A stretch of DNA of 64,000 bases from Eledone cirrhosa (Eukaryota). Positions 42,511-57,240 of this stretch are shown piece after piece. Position 1 is the stretch's first letter; each line of letters begins with the position of its first letter. The notes beneath the pieces were generated by a model. It was not told the DNA's origin, searched no databases, and saw only the letters and a program-made list of their open reading frames with translations. Made by a program: the position numbers and the translations under genes. Location: NCBI GenBank assembly GCA_964016885.1, contig OZ024751.1:14012001-14076000 (forward strand). Direction: 5' to 3'.

Positions 42511-42710
42511 NNNNNNNNNNNNNNNNNNNNNNNNNNNNNNNNNNNNNNNNNNNNNNNNNNNNNNNNNNNNNNNNNNNNNNNNNNNNNNNNNNNNNNNNNN
42601 NNNNNNNNNNNNNNNNNNNNNNNNNNNNNNNNNNNNNNNNNNNNNNNNNNNNNNNNNNNNNNNNNNNNNNNNNNNNNNNNNNNNNNNNNNNNNNNNNNNN
42701 NNNNNNNNNN
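42511..42710. other. Assembly gap (200 N)
   Basis: Run of n. Confidence 1.
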
Positions 42711-42749
42711 TTACTCGTTGTTAACCCAACAATTCAAATATAACTTTCC

Positions 42750-45056
<2,307 letters not shown>

Positions 45057-45061
45057 TCTCA

Positions 45062-45212
45062 TCTAACTTTAAAAACCTCGATTGGCTCAGCGAAAGAGCC
45101 ATCCTTGCTCCGAAAAATACTATGGTTAATTTTATTAACGAGCAGCTGATTGAGAAGATTCCCGGTAAAGAGCACATCTTCAAATCAGACCCCGACGATA
45201 TCGTTAATTTAC
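45062..45212 (+). pseudogene. Helitron PIF1-type helicase fragment
   Basis: [37 protein letters not shown] matches the conserved [15 protein letters not shown] motif. Confidence 0.8.
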
Positions 45213-45224
45213 ACAACATCAACT

Positions 45225-45677
45225 AGGTAGATATGTATGTATGCATGTGTAGATATGGATGTTATTGTATGTGTGGATGTGTATGTTTTGAGTTGTGTGT
45301 GTGTGTGCATGTGTATATGCTTTGTATCTGTACATGTGTATATGCAGTTATTAGATGCAAAATTTTTGTAATGTTTTACATATTTTTACTGTTCCATTAA
45401 TGGATTGTACTTGTAGTTGCCTAACTAGTTGTGTTCTTTCTATTCCTGTGAAGCCTAACTTCTCAAGATTTGTATTGAGGCAGTTACTAACATATCCCAG
45501 TGCCCCAATAACCGCAGGCAAAAATCTGAAGGTGTAATCAGGGTGGAGTATCTGCAGATTTCTCATCAGTTCTGCATAAATATTCTCCTCTTCGCTAATC
45601 TTTGATATTATATTGGCATCTGCTGGGCAGCTAATTTCCACTACTGTGCATGCTTTCTTCTCCCTGTCCCATATCAT
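45225..45677 (-). mobile_element. R4/Dong 3' fragment, same family as 31403-33113
   Basis: IWDREKKACTVVEISCPADANIISKISE.ENIYAEL..; near-identical to 32560-33010. Confidence 0.92.
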
Positions 45678-45925
45678 AGGTAGGTAGGTATGTCACTACG
45701 GCGCCCTTGCAACTTCATGATAAAACTTAATTTCACCACTAACCACATTAAAAGAATATATAATTTCCGGCGCCGTGTTGTGGTTCAAGTTCCCGCTGTT
45801 CAAGTCCACTAGGCCAAGAAAGAAATGAGCTGTAACTGTAAATTCAAATAACTTCATTGTGTATCCCTTTACAATGAGAGATGAATAAATCGCTGGATAA
45901 TATGTATACAAGTTGCCAGATACAA

Positions 45926-46816
45926 GTAATATGACGGCTGCAGCTTGAAGGAGTCTGACTCCACCATACTAGTATTTAGAGCGGGTTAGTGGTTGGGTTT
46001 ATGGATATAAATCAGGAGATATGGATGATATCTGAGGTAGGGATTATGGAGAATATCTTGGTTCTAGTATCAGACCTGTCAACCTCTAAAACTCCAAACG
46101 GAGAGTACCATGAAAAAATGTGCCCTAAAACCGGGTGAAAGGAGGTAAAATGGGGAGATTTCACATAATGAAAGCTATACCCATTTTCACAAGACAAGAC
46201 ATCTCTCACCTACTCCAAAGTGGGTGAGAGATGTCCCCGTCCAACGGGGAGAGTTGACAGGTCTGTACTGGGGACATGTAACTCCGTACAACCTGTCACA
46301 TTGGTCGGGTCGTAGGTGAATAAACCATCAACCTCATCAAACTTGCTGGTGAAAAGGGGGGCTTTTGAACACCCAGCGGGATGAAAAGCAAAACCCGTCA
46401 AAGGGCGAAGGAACTCATTAGAGTCAATGACCATCCAATAGATGATAATAAATATTGCTTATTCTTATACAGAACCTGTAATATGACGGCTGCAGCTTGA
46501 AGAAGTCTGTTTCCACCATACTAGTATTTAGAGCGGGTTAGTGGTTGGGTTTATGAATATAAATCAGGAGATATGGATGATATCTGAGGTAGGGATTATG
46601 GAGGATATCTTGGTTCTAGTATAAGACCTGTCAACTTCTAAAAACCCAAACGAGGAGTACCATGAAAAGAGTACCTGAAATCGGGGAGAAATCAAGCAAA
46701 ATGGGGAGATTTTACATAATGAAAGCTATACTCATTTTCATAAGAGAAGACATCTCTCACCCACTCCAAAGTGGGTGGGAGATCTCCCCGTCGGACGGGG
46801 AGAATTGACAGATCTG
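45926..46816 (+). repeat. Local duplication: 145-bp flank plus MITE, twice (45926-46265 and 46478-46816)
   Basis: Both units begin GTAATATGACGGCTGCAGCTTGAAG and run into a CAGACCTGTCAAC-type MITE. Confidence 0.9.
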
Positions 46817-46864
46817 AGGATATCGTAGACCTAGTAGAATGTCTTTGGTCCTGTAACTCCTAAG

Positions 46865-47435
46865 GGAGTTGTAAGGGCGCCATATTGGCATACAACGTTT
46901 CTAGGGCATTTTCTGTTGTTTTTTTAACCTGGCAGAGCCTATCTTCTCTCCAGGTATGAATACAGCAAATTTCTTCCAGAGAAGGACAGAGAGAGTGAGA
47001 GAATGGAAGTGATAAAAATATATAGAAGAAGAATCGACCCCAGTTCTAGACTGGTACTTTTTTTATCGGCCTGGAATGGATGAAAGGTAAGGTTGACCTC
47101 GACTGGATTTGAATTCAGAGAGCAAAGAACCGAAATGAATACCGAAATGAATACCGTAAAGCAGAATCGTTAGAACGTCGGATAGAATACTTGGCGGTAT
47201 TTGTTTCGGCTCTCTGATCTCGGTTCAAATCCCACCGAGGTCAACTTTGCCTTACATCCATTCGAGGCCGATAAAAAAAAGTACCCGTCAAGTACTGGTA
47301 CTGGGGTCGAATCTTCTTCTATATCTCTTTTTCATTTCCATTCCCTTACTCTTTATCCTTCTCTGGAAGGAATTTGCAGTATTCAGACCTGGAGAGGAGA
47401 TGGGCTCTGATAGGTTTTAAAATGGCGTAGAAACA
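46865..47435. mobile_element. Head-to-head pair of tail-B SINEs
   Basis: Minus copy ~46865-47160 and plus copy ~47161-47435. Confidence 0.85.
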
Positions 47436-47652
47436 TCGTCAATACGAATCCCTCGGGTGTTATGCAAATTTTTTTATAATTCCTCTGAAATAAATTAAAA
47501 TGTACTTGAAACATCGTCAATACGACCCTCTCGGGAGTTACAGATTGTTTTTAATTTTTTAATTCCACTGAAATAAATTAATATGCACTAGAAACATCGT
47601 ATTGACTTCCTCGGAAGTTACACATTTTTTTTTTTAATTCCACTGAAATAAA
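47429..47652. repeat. Three tandem ~80-bp units GAAACATCGT..CTCGG..GTTA..AATTCCACTGAAATAAA
   Basis: Direct inspection. Confidence 0.85.
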
Positions 47653-47714
47653 ACATTTAACCAACGATACTGTATTGCAATCAAGAATAATTAGAAGGAA
47701 AACTTCTGACTTAC

Positions 47715-47805
47715 CTCGTCTTTACTGAAGGTCGTGGTGACACGTTATTCGAAGCTGCATTTGTGCATTTTATTTCTCGAAGAATCAATTTCGTACAATT
47801 CTTTC
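47715..47805 (-). other. Candidate 91-nt exon
   Basis: TTGTTGTAG acceptor, consensus AG|GTAAGT donor, one open frame KNCTKLILREIKCTNAASNNVSPRPSVKT; no recognisable homology. Confidence 0.4.
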
Positions 47806-47960
47806 CTACAACAAATCCAACGAATAATATATATATATATATATATAACATTAACAATAAATGTAGAAGTTAGTAAGTTTGTGTGTGCTGGCTCCCTCCC
47901 TTTCGTGTGTGTGTGTGCGCGTGCGCGTGCGCGTGCGCGTGTGCGTGTGTGTGTGTGTGT

Positions 47961-48162
47961 GTGTTGGAATTTCGTATTTCAGAAGAAATACGGTATGTTT
48001 ATAATAAATATTTAGAGAGCTATAGCTATGCCAAAACACCAGCGACTAACACCGCCTGGCGGTGTCATCCCCTTGCTTCTGTTGGACACCGCCAGGGCGG
48101 CGTTAGTCGCTGGTGTTTTGGCATAGCTACGGTTCTCTAAATGTTTATTATAAACACACCGC

Positions 48163-48231
<69 letters not shown>

Positions 48232-48503
48232 CATATAATTACAATTTATTTTCAGGCATAGTTCTATACAGATATGTATTGGAGTTTCGTATTTCAGAAG
48301 AAGTGCGGTATGTTTATAATAAACATTTAGAGAACCGTAGCTATGCCAAAACACCAGCGACTAACGCCGTCTGGCGGTGTCCAACAGAAGCAAGGGGATG
48401 ACACTGGCAGACGGTGTTAGTCGCTGGTGTTTTGGCATAGCTACAGCTCTCTAAATAGTTATTATAAACATACCGTATTTCTTCTGAAATACGAAATTCC
48501 AAT

Positions 48504-48504
<1 letters not shown>
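47961..48504. mobile_element. Two palindromic ~230-bp MITE-like units in opposite orientation
   Basis: 47961-48165 and 48276-48504; ~100-bp arms around spacer CATCCCCTTGCTTCTGTTGG, which is inverted in the second unit. Confidence 0.85.
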
Positions 48505-48546
<42 letters not shown>

Positions 48547-48578
48547 GTAAGTTTATATGTGTGCTGACTCCCTCTCTT

Positions 48579-48624
<46 letters not shown>

Positions 48625-48781
48625 TTAAGGATACTATTTATGGTTATGTATACAATAAAACCTTTTATGGTTATATATATTTTAAACCCTAAATAGTGAA
48701 AGACAGTAATTCATTACTATCTTATTACCAGTAAGATAAATAGCTCAATGTAATAACATCAGTTGTTTTACAGAGCAGTTA

Positions 48782-48924
48782 TATAGAAATTACATTAATC
48801 AAAGTTCAGTTTAAATCATTTATTTGCTTACAATTGTTTCCTCCAAACCGAGGTTCGGTTTGGAGGAAACAATTGTAAGCAAATAAATGATTTAAACTGA
48901 ACTTTGATTAATGTAATTTCTATA
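48782..48924. repeat. Perfect palindrome, ~70-bp arms, 3-nt loop
   Basis: TATAGAAATTAC...CTCCAAACCGA-GGT-TCGGTTTGGAG...GTAATTTCTATA. Confidence 0.95.
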
Positions 48925-49004
<80 letters not shown>

Positions 49005-50104
49005 GAGAGGGGGCCAGCACACATATAAACTCACTAACTTCTACATTTATTCTTAATGTTTGAATAAAATTAACTCCTTAAATAGACTATCATTCAGGTC
49101 TCGGGTAGGTGTGAAGGCCTATGAAGACTATGAGCACTGTCCCTCCTTCCAGAGCTAGCTAGAAACCTTTTTTTTTTAAAGTAACATAGATCTGGTCGAT
49201 GTAATATTTATCGTTTTGTTCTATTTTATTTTCACAAAGTAAAGTCAATACAAAAAGAAAACACCCATTTTTGTGGATTATACGCTTGATTTGTTGGTCA
49301 TAAAATGTTAATATACCGTGAAAAGACTTTATCTGTTCTCATTAAACAAACGAGACTATTTCGCAAGTCATCACAACGATCATTTTGCCTTTCATCCTTA
49401 CGGGGTCGATAAAATAAAGTACCAGTAATGCACTGGGTAATTGCTGGCCTTGTGCCTAAAGTAGAAACAATTATTTTTCACGTTATCTTTCCGCTCAAGC
49501 TATTTTTATGTCATGGTATTATATGTTTAGTATTAAATGTTTAGTAAATTCATGTCTTATTAATATTATGACGAGCTATTTTTCGTATTGAATCAGTCAG
49601 TTGTTCACTATTTTATATGGTCAGGCATTTTCCTTAATTCTAGTATATTGAGAAAACCAACTTTCAGCTACAATAGGGCACATGACATTGAATTAATCAG
49701 GTGTAATGCAGTTAATTGTCTTGTTTAACACCTATGAAATATTGATGTCGTTCTAAAGACTTCAATCTTGAATAGAACGTTTGTTACAGTGTTACTCGTT
49801 TGTTTGTTTGTTTTTTAAGCTGGCACAATTGTTAACGCGTCGGACTAAGAATACCTCGGTATTTGTTCCGGCTCACTGCACTTTCTGATTTCAAATCACT
49901 CCGAGGTCAACTTGGCTATTCATCTTTTCAAGGTCGAAAAATAAAGTACTAATTAAGCACTAGGGTTGATTTCAAAGCTCCACCACGCTCTCTCTGGAAG
50001 AAATCGGCTGTGATCTGCCCCGGAAAACGGATGGGTATATCGCCAAATTAAAAAATGTCGAAGGCATGTTGTGTGTCAAGATGGCGCGTGCCCCTACAAC
50101 ACCA

Positions 50105-50312
50105 CCAGCAGTGGAGATATCTGGTGTCCTTGGCCCTAGGGCCACCGCCCTGCTCAGCACCATCGGCACAGATTTGGCTACCCGCAAGTGTGAGCCCCGT
50201 GAGTTGGAATGGCTCTTCCAGCGCGTTTCCCTACCATCCTCCAGGGAAACGCCTTCTCTATTCTTTCCATCGGGGCCGCGTGGCGGCCAGCGCATGGGAC
50301 CCCACTTGCTAA
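50105..50312 (+). mobile_element. CRE-like RLE 3' fragment
   Basis: AVEISGVLGPRATALLSTIGTDLATRKCEPRELEWLFQRVSL; homologous to 28290-28795. Confidence 0.7.
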
Positions 50313-50399
50313 CAATAGTGAGAGATGGGGAGAGCGGGAGAGACAGAGGCAGTGACAGTGGGAGTTTGGTTCTTTTGTATTCGGACCTGGTGTATATAA

Positions 50400-50668
50400 G
50401 AGAGAATGAGATCACCAGTTTACCTATCTATTTGTCCAGCCAAAACGCTCACCAAAATGGAGCGCGCGCTCTTCCAATTCCTTTGGAAGAGGCGGGTTCT
50501 TTTGGTGAGAAGATCCATCTGCTGCCAACACCCTTCTAACGGAGGGCTGGGGATGCCGTGGCTGACGATGCGCAAACACGCGCTCAGGCTGCGGCATCTC
50601 TACGTATTCCTCACCGGACAACCGCTGTGGGGCCCCGTTCGTGAGGCGACCCTTCCCACGACTCGTCT
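50400..50668 (+). pseudogene. Tx1 ORF2 fragment from a related subfamily
   Basis: KMERALFQFLWK..VRRSICCQHPSNGGLGMPWLTMRKHALRLRHL. Confidence 0.88.
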
Positions 50669-50669
50669 C

Positions 50670-51208
50670 GGGTAATTGCTGGCCTTGTGCCTAAAGTAGA
50701 AACAATTATTATTATTGGCAGTATGAGGGCGGTGGATTGGCAGTATCGGTAGAGCATCAGACACCATGCTTTGCAGCATAGAGTTATGGCCCTTTATGGT
50801 TTGAGTTCAAATCCTGCCCAGGTTAACTTAGCCTTTCATCCTTAAGGAGTCGATAAAATAATTGTTTCTACCTTTGGCACAAGGCCAGCAATTACCCAGT
50901 ACATTACTGGTACTTTATTTTCGATAGAGTCGATAAAATAATGCACTGGGGTAATTGCTGGCTTTGTGCCAAAAGTAGAAACAATTATTAGCATAGCAGT
51001 AGCAGTAGAGCGTATTATACTATGCTTCACGGCATAGAGTTACATCCCTTTACGTTCTGAGTTCAAATCCTGCCGAGGTTAGCTTTGCCTTTCATCTTTA
51101 CGGGATCGATAAAATAAAGCAGCAGTAAGCCTAGGGTCGATTTAATCGACAGTCCCCTTCCCTTCAAATTGCTGGTCTTGCGCCTAAAGTAGAAATAATT
51201 TTTATTAT
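50670..51208. mobile_element. Cluster of tail-A SINEs and fragments in both orientations
   Basis: Tail 50670-50715, head 50728-50858, inverted tail 50858-50925, tail 50927-50990, copy ~51000-51208. Confidence 0.85.
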
Positions 51209-51649
51209 AATGGTTAGAAGCAAGTGCAGTGCCCATGACCTTGGCGGGGCCACTAAGTCTAGTGGAGGAAGAATGGCAACTACTCTCAAGCTGGAGACAT
51301 GGTCTGAAAGCTTGCAACAGAGTAGACCCCACTAAAGGCACCCTGGGATGCGCTGCGGTGTTAAACCGACCAACAGTATCTCCGAAGTAGGCCATACCAC
51401 CGGGATTTGAATTCGTCTTCCTACTCTAAAAATTTCACCAAATTTACCACCCTGAGTTGCTACTTTATTTTATTTTATTTTATTTTATTTTATTTTATTA
51501 GCCCCGAAAGGATTACAGGCAAAGTTGACATCGGTGGGATCTAAACTCGGAGTACCCAAACAAAATACCACAAGGCATCTTGTCATACTTCTAACGATGC
51601 TTCTACTGTACCTCTTCACTATGTTATATATGTTGGTATTGTCAGTAAT

Positions 51650-51920
51650 TCTTCCACAGTACTACCTCTTCCACAGTACCCCCTCCACTACCTCCTCGAC
51701 AGTACCTCTTCCACAGTACCCCCTCCACAGTACCCCCTCCACAGTACCTCTTCCACAGCACCTCTTACACAGCACCCCTTCAACAGTACCTCTTCCACAG
51801 TACCCCTTCAACAGTACCTCTTCCACAGTACCCCTTCCACAGCACCTCTTCCACAGCACCTCTTCCACAGTACCCCCTCCACAGTACTTCCTCCACAGTA
51901 CCTCTTCCACAGTACCTCTT
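51650..51920. repeat. Minisatellite, 15-bp unit CCTCTTCCACAGTAC
   Basis: About 17 copies. Confidence 0.92.
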
Positions 51921-51998
51921 GGTATAAAGCATTTAATCCGTCGCTCTAATAGCTCTGCCAACGCGCGACCACTTTGTATATATGTAGGTGGGGAAAAT

Positions 51999-52033
<35 letters not shown>

Positions 52034-52752
52034 CGTGCAGAGAGAGTAGTATGCCCAGATTAATGTACATACATCGAAATATATGTGTGTGTGTGTGTGT
52101 GTATATACGTGCAGAGAGAGTAGTATGCCCAGATTAATGTACATACATCGAAATATATGTGTGTGTGTGTATATACATGCTACTGTACGTCTGTATACAT
52201 ATATGTATACAACCACGTCACCTTTTTGTTCAACACTGACACAGGAACGATGTACTAGTTTGAAGCTTATTAGCTATCGTCAGCACCGTATACCTTCCTG
52301 CCAGACAAACCGAGCATTATAATAAATATTCGGTAAACCGATACGTGCATATATATATATATATATGTGTGCATGTATGTATATATATATATATATATAT
52401 ATGCTACTGTACGTCTGTATACATATATGTATGTACGTATACATACATACATACTTACATTTAAGTAACTGCCGTACTAAGAGTGAGAAATAAAATTTCG
52501 TTTCAATATATATACATATTTGTGTGGGTAGAGAGGAGTGTGCACATATAGATGTACACACACGTGTGTGTGTGAGTGTGTGTACACGCGCTTGGAGAGG
52601 TGTGTGCATAAATATATGTATATCGATAAATATAATATAAACATATTCCTTTTTTTTTCCTTTTTTCCTCTTCTTTAGCTCTCATTACGTGAGAAGTGGG
52701 TTTAATATAAGTCGACATAATTCGTAACACATGTAAACAAAACTACATAGCA

Positions 52753-52787
<35 letters not shown>

Positions 52788-52959
52788 GAGAGAGAGAGAG
52801 AGGGGGGGGAGAGGGTGAGAGAGAGAGAGAGCTCTGCCACTTTCTCTCTCTTATTTGTACTCTTCCTACTTTCTCCTCTCACTACTCCTACAACTTCTTC
52901 CCCTTTACAACTGCCACCTCAAACATCTACTCCCGACATTTCTCTCTCACTGTCTTTGT

Positions 52960-53290
52960 GATAACATTTTACAGGTTTTTATTGTATGTAAATTTCACCC
53001 TTTGTATTTGTGCCCTTCTTTTGTGTCCCTGTGGCTAATAAAGAAACATATCTATAAGCCTGTAGGTTGAGGAAAGAGAGGAAGGGAGTACTCACTCTTG
53101 GTGCTCCTGGAGATGAGGGTTGTTAATTTTTTCGGGGTGTGTACAACCCCTGTGTAACACCTTCCCCCCTATTGGGATTTCAATTGTTATTTGTTATTTT
53201 ATTAATAGCTTTATTTTCATATACCTGTATGTAAACTCCCCATTTGTATTTGTCCCCTTCTTTTGTGCCCTTGTGGCTAATAAAGAAATT
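52960..53290 (+). mobile_element. Two tandem Tx1-family 3' UTR ends
   Basis: TGTAAA..CC..TTTGTATTTGT(G/C)CCCTTC..TGTGGCTAATAAAGAAA twice; homologous to the 3' end of copy A1. Confidence 0.7.
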
Positions 53291-53316
53291 TATCTATATT
53301 TATATATCTATATTTA

Positions 53317-53850
53317 CCGCCGAGGTTGACTTTGCCTTTCATCCTTACGGGGTCGATAAAATAAAGTACCAGTAATGTACTGGTTAATTGCTGGCCTTGT
53401 GCCTAAAGTAGAAACATATATTTACTTATCTCTCTCTCACTTTTTTTTGCCTGTCTACTTATCTGCCTGTCTGTCTCTATCTCTCTCTCACTATTTATCT
53501 GTCTATCTGTCTATCTATCTATCTGTCTATCTGTCTATCTGCCTGTCTGTCTCTATCTCTCTCTCACTATTTATCTGTCTATCTGTCTATCTATCTGTCT
53601 ATCTGTCTATCTGCCTGTCTGTCTCTATCTCTCTCTCACTATTTATCTGTCTATCTGTCTACGGTGGATTGGCAGTATCGGTAGAGGGTCGGACGCCATG
53701 CTTTCCAGCATAGTTACGTCCCTTTACGATCTGAGTTCAAATCCCGCCGAGGTTGACTTTGCCTTTCATCCTTACGGGGTCGATAAAATAAAGTACCAGT
53801 AATGTAATGCACTGGGTAATTGCTGGCCTTGTGCCTAAAGTAGAAACAAC
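53317..53850 (+). mobile_element. Tail-A SINEs (fragment 53317-53415; full copy 53662-53850) in a (TCTA/TCTG)n tract
   Basis: Near-consensus sequence. Confidence 0.92.
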
Positions 53851-54092
53851 TATTTATCTGTCTATCTATCACTCTATATATCTGTCTGTCTCTCTCTTAC
53901 TCTATATATCTGTCTATCTGTCTGTCTCTCTCTTACTCTATATATCTGTCTATCTGTCTGTCTCTCTCTTACTCTATATATCTGTCTATCTGTCTGTGTC
54001 TCTCTTACTCTATATATCTGTCTATCTATCTATCTCTCGACCACTCTATACATCTGTCTGTCTATCTCTAACACTCACTATTTATCTGTCTG

Positions 54093-54125
<33 letters not shown>

Positions 54126-54562
54126 TTATCTGTCTGTCTCTCTCTCTCTCACTATTTATTTGTCTATCTCTCTCTCTCTCTCTCACTCACTCTATTTATC
54201 TGTATATCTCTCTCTCCGACTCTATTTATCTGTCTGCCTCTCTTTCTCTCTCCGACTATATATATATCTGTCTGTCTCTGTCTCTCTCTCTCTATTTATG
54301 TATATGTCTCTACCACTCCCTGTATCTGTCTCTCTCTCTCTCTCTATCTATCTATCTACCGGCTGCTCTCAGTCATTTTCTCGAGCTATAACCTACTGTG
54401 TTAACCAGTCTTCTCTTCACCTCTCTCCACACACACCATCTACCGTCCGCCAAAGCAGTTCTCGGAATATTTCTTCTACGAAACCTCGTTTGCTTTCATT
54501 ACCTGACTTTTTTTTTTTTCTTCTTGAAAAAGGAAATTACTACAAGTAAGTACGTTTGTTAT

Positions 54563-55340
54563 TGTTGGTGTTGGTGGTAGTAGTGGTGGTGGTGAATGTA
54601 GTGGTGAATGTAGTGGTGGTGTTGGTGGTGAATGTAGTGGTGGTGTTGGTGGTGAATGTAGTGGTGGTGTTGGTGGTGGTGAATGTAGTGGTGTTGGTGG
54701 TGGTGAATGTAGTGGTGGTGTTGGTGGTGAATGTAGTGGTGGTGTTGGTGGTGAATGTAGTGGTGGTGTTGGTGGTGAATGTAGTGGTGTTGGTGGTGGT
54801 GAATGTAGTGGTGTTGGTGGTGGTGAATGTAGTGGTGGTGTTGGTGGTGAATGTAGTGGTGGTGTTGGTGGTGAATGTAGTGGTGGTGTTGGTGGTGAAT
54901 GTAGTGGTGTTGGTGGTGGTGAATGTAGTGGTGTTGGTGGTGAATGTAGTGGTGACGGTGTTGGTGGTGGTGGTGGTGGTGGTGAATGTAGTGGTGTTGG
55001 TGGTGGTGAGTGTAGTGTTGATGGTGGTGAATGTAATGGTGTTGGTGGTAGTACTGGTGGTGTTGGTGGTGGTGGTGAATGTAGTGGTGTTGTTGGTGGT
55101 AGTAGTGGTGGTGTTGGTGGTAGTGAATGTAGTAGTAGTGGTGGTGGTGGTGTTGGTGGTGGTGAATGTAGTGGTGTTGGTGGTAGTACTGGTGGTGTTG
55201 GTGGTGGTGGCGATGGTGGTGAGTGTATTGTTGTTGGTAGTGGTAGATGTCGTGTTGTTGGTGTCGGTGGTAGATGTGGTGTTGATGGATGTAGTGTTGT
55301 TGTTATTGGTGGTGGTGGATGTAGTGTTGTTGGTGTTGTT
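54563..55340. repeat. GGT-rich minisatellite (GTGGTGGTGTTGGTGGTGAATGTA, ~24 bp)
   Basis: Explains the poly-V/poly-T/PTPPLHS ORFs. Confidence 0.95.
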
Positions 55341-55473
55341 AATATACGATCGCACACACAATGATGCACACATACATATACATACATACATACATACATA
55401 TATATATATATACATACGTATATATATATATATATTTAAATACACACATATATACAGACATACACACGCACAG

Positions 55474-55616
<143 letters not shown>

Positions 55617-55838
55617 TATTACATAACTATATATATAGGCATACGTCAAGACGGGCGGTCTCAAAAGTGAAACTAATTTTTGAAAGTTACGTAAGTGATT
55701 ACTTTAAATTTGGATTGTGAATTTACATCTACAAATTCATACAAATATGTATGCGTGCATAAATATATATATACATACACATATATATATATACAGACAC
55801 ATATATATACACACAAACACATATATATACACACAAAC

Positions 55839-56009
55839 AATGTGGTAAGGAACCAGGTGGACCATAACGCACCAAAGTACTCAATACTTAGGGTAGTAGA
55901 GTGGGTAATAGGAACAAGTAAGACCCCGACGGCTGAGCTCAAGCTGTTTCGACAGAATTAGCCGTTGAAACGGCTTGAGCTCAGCCGACGGGGTCTTACT
56001 TGTTCCTAT
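55839..56009 (+). mobile_element. Unclassified leader-plus-hairpin element (other copies 39071-39123, 56546-56706, 62204-62406)
   Basis: Constant leader GTGGTAAGGAACCAG(A/G)TGGACCATAACGCACCA..GTAGAGTGGG, then palindrome ATAGGAACAAGTA...TACTTGTTCCTAT. Confidence 0.75.
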
Positions 56010-56031
56010 ATATATACATATATATATATAC

Positions 56032-56082
<51 letters not shown>

Positions 56083-56128
56083 TCTTCCAATAGCCATATT
56101 CGATAACGGGGGGGGGGCATCATATATA

Positions 56129-56203
<75 letters not shown>

Positions 56204-56425
56204 GTACATGTGTATACATATTTACACACTTTTGGATGGCCGTTGACTCTTATGAGTTCTTCCGCCTTTTGTCAGGTTTTGTTTTTTGTCCTGCAGGGTG
56301 TCCAAAATCACCCATCTCCACCAACTTGGTGGGGTTGCCGATTTAGTCGCCGACGACTCGACCATGCGACAGGTTGTACTGGGTTACATGTTACCAGTAG
56401 CACTGGTACATTTATATACATACAT

Positions 56426-56476
<51 letters not shown>

Positions 56477-56510
56477 TTATTCATTATTTGTTTTATTCAT
56501 TATTTTTTAA

Positions 56511-56547
<37 letters not shown>

Positions 56548-56776
56548 CGAAGGAAATGTGGTAAGGAACCAGATGGACCATAACGCACCAAAGGACTCAA
56601 TACTTAAGGTAGTAGAGTGGGGTAATAGGAACAAGTATGACCCTGACGGCAGAATTAGCCGTCGAAACGGCTTGAGCTCTGCCGTCGGGGTCATACTTGT
56701 TCCTATCTATCTATATATATATATATATATAGATATATCTGTGTGCGTGCGTGCGTGCGTGAGAGAGAGAGAGAGA

Positions 56777-56840
<64 letters not shown>

Positions 56841-57209
56841 TACAGAACAAGAATCGACCCTAGAACAGAACAGGGACTTTTTTATGGACCGCAATGGATG
56901 AAAGACGAAATTGACCTCATAAGAATGTATAACTTAGGGTAAATAGGCTGCTGTAACAAATACTAACGATTCACAACCTACTAGTACTTGGGATTATCAA
57001 GTGGATTGGGGCCCACATTCTAGCCACGATTTTCCCTCCTCTCGTCCTTCTATCTTTTCTCCTGTTAATGTTGAGTTGGTTGATGTGGTGTTGCTCTAGA
57101 CTTTTGACGTGTTTGCTGTAAAATGGTTAATCCAGATGTCTGATGTGACGTTGTTCCAGATGTCTGACATACACATATATATCTATATAATATAAACATA
57201 CATACATAT

Positions 57210-57240
<31 letters not shown>

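Noticed and set aside
53662-53750. tRNA gene
   Set aside because: A and B boxes belong to the SINE head; no acceptor stem or cloverleaf, and it runs into the SINE core
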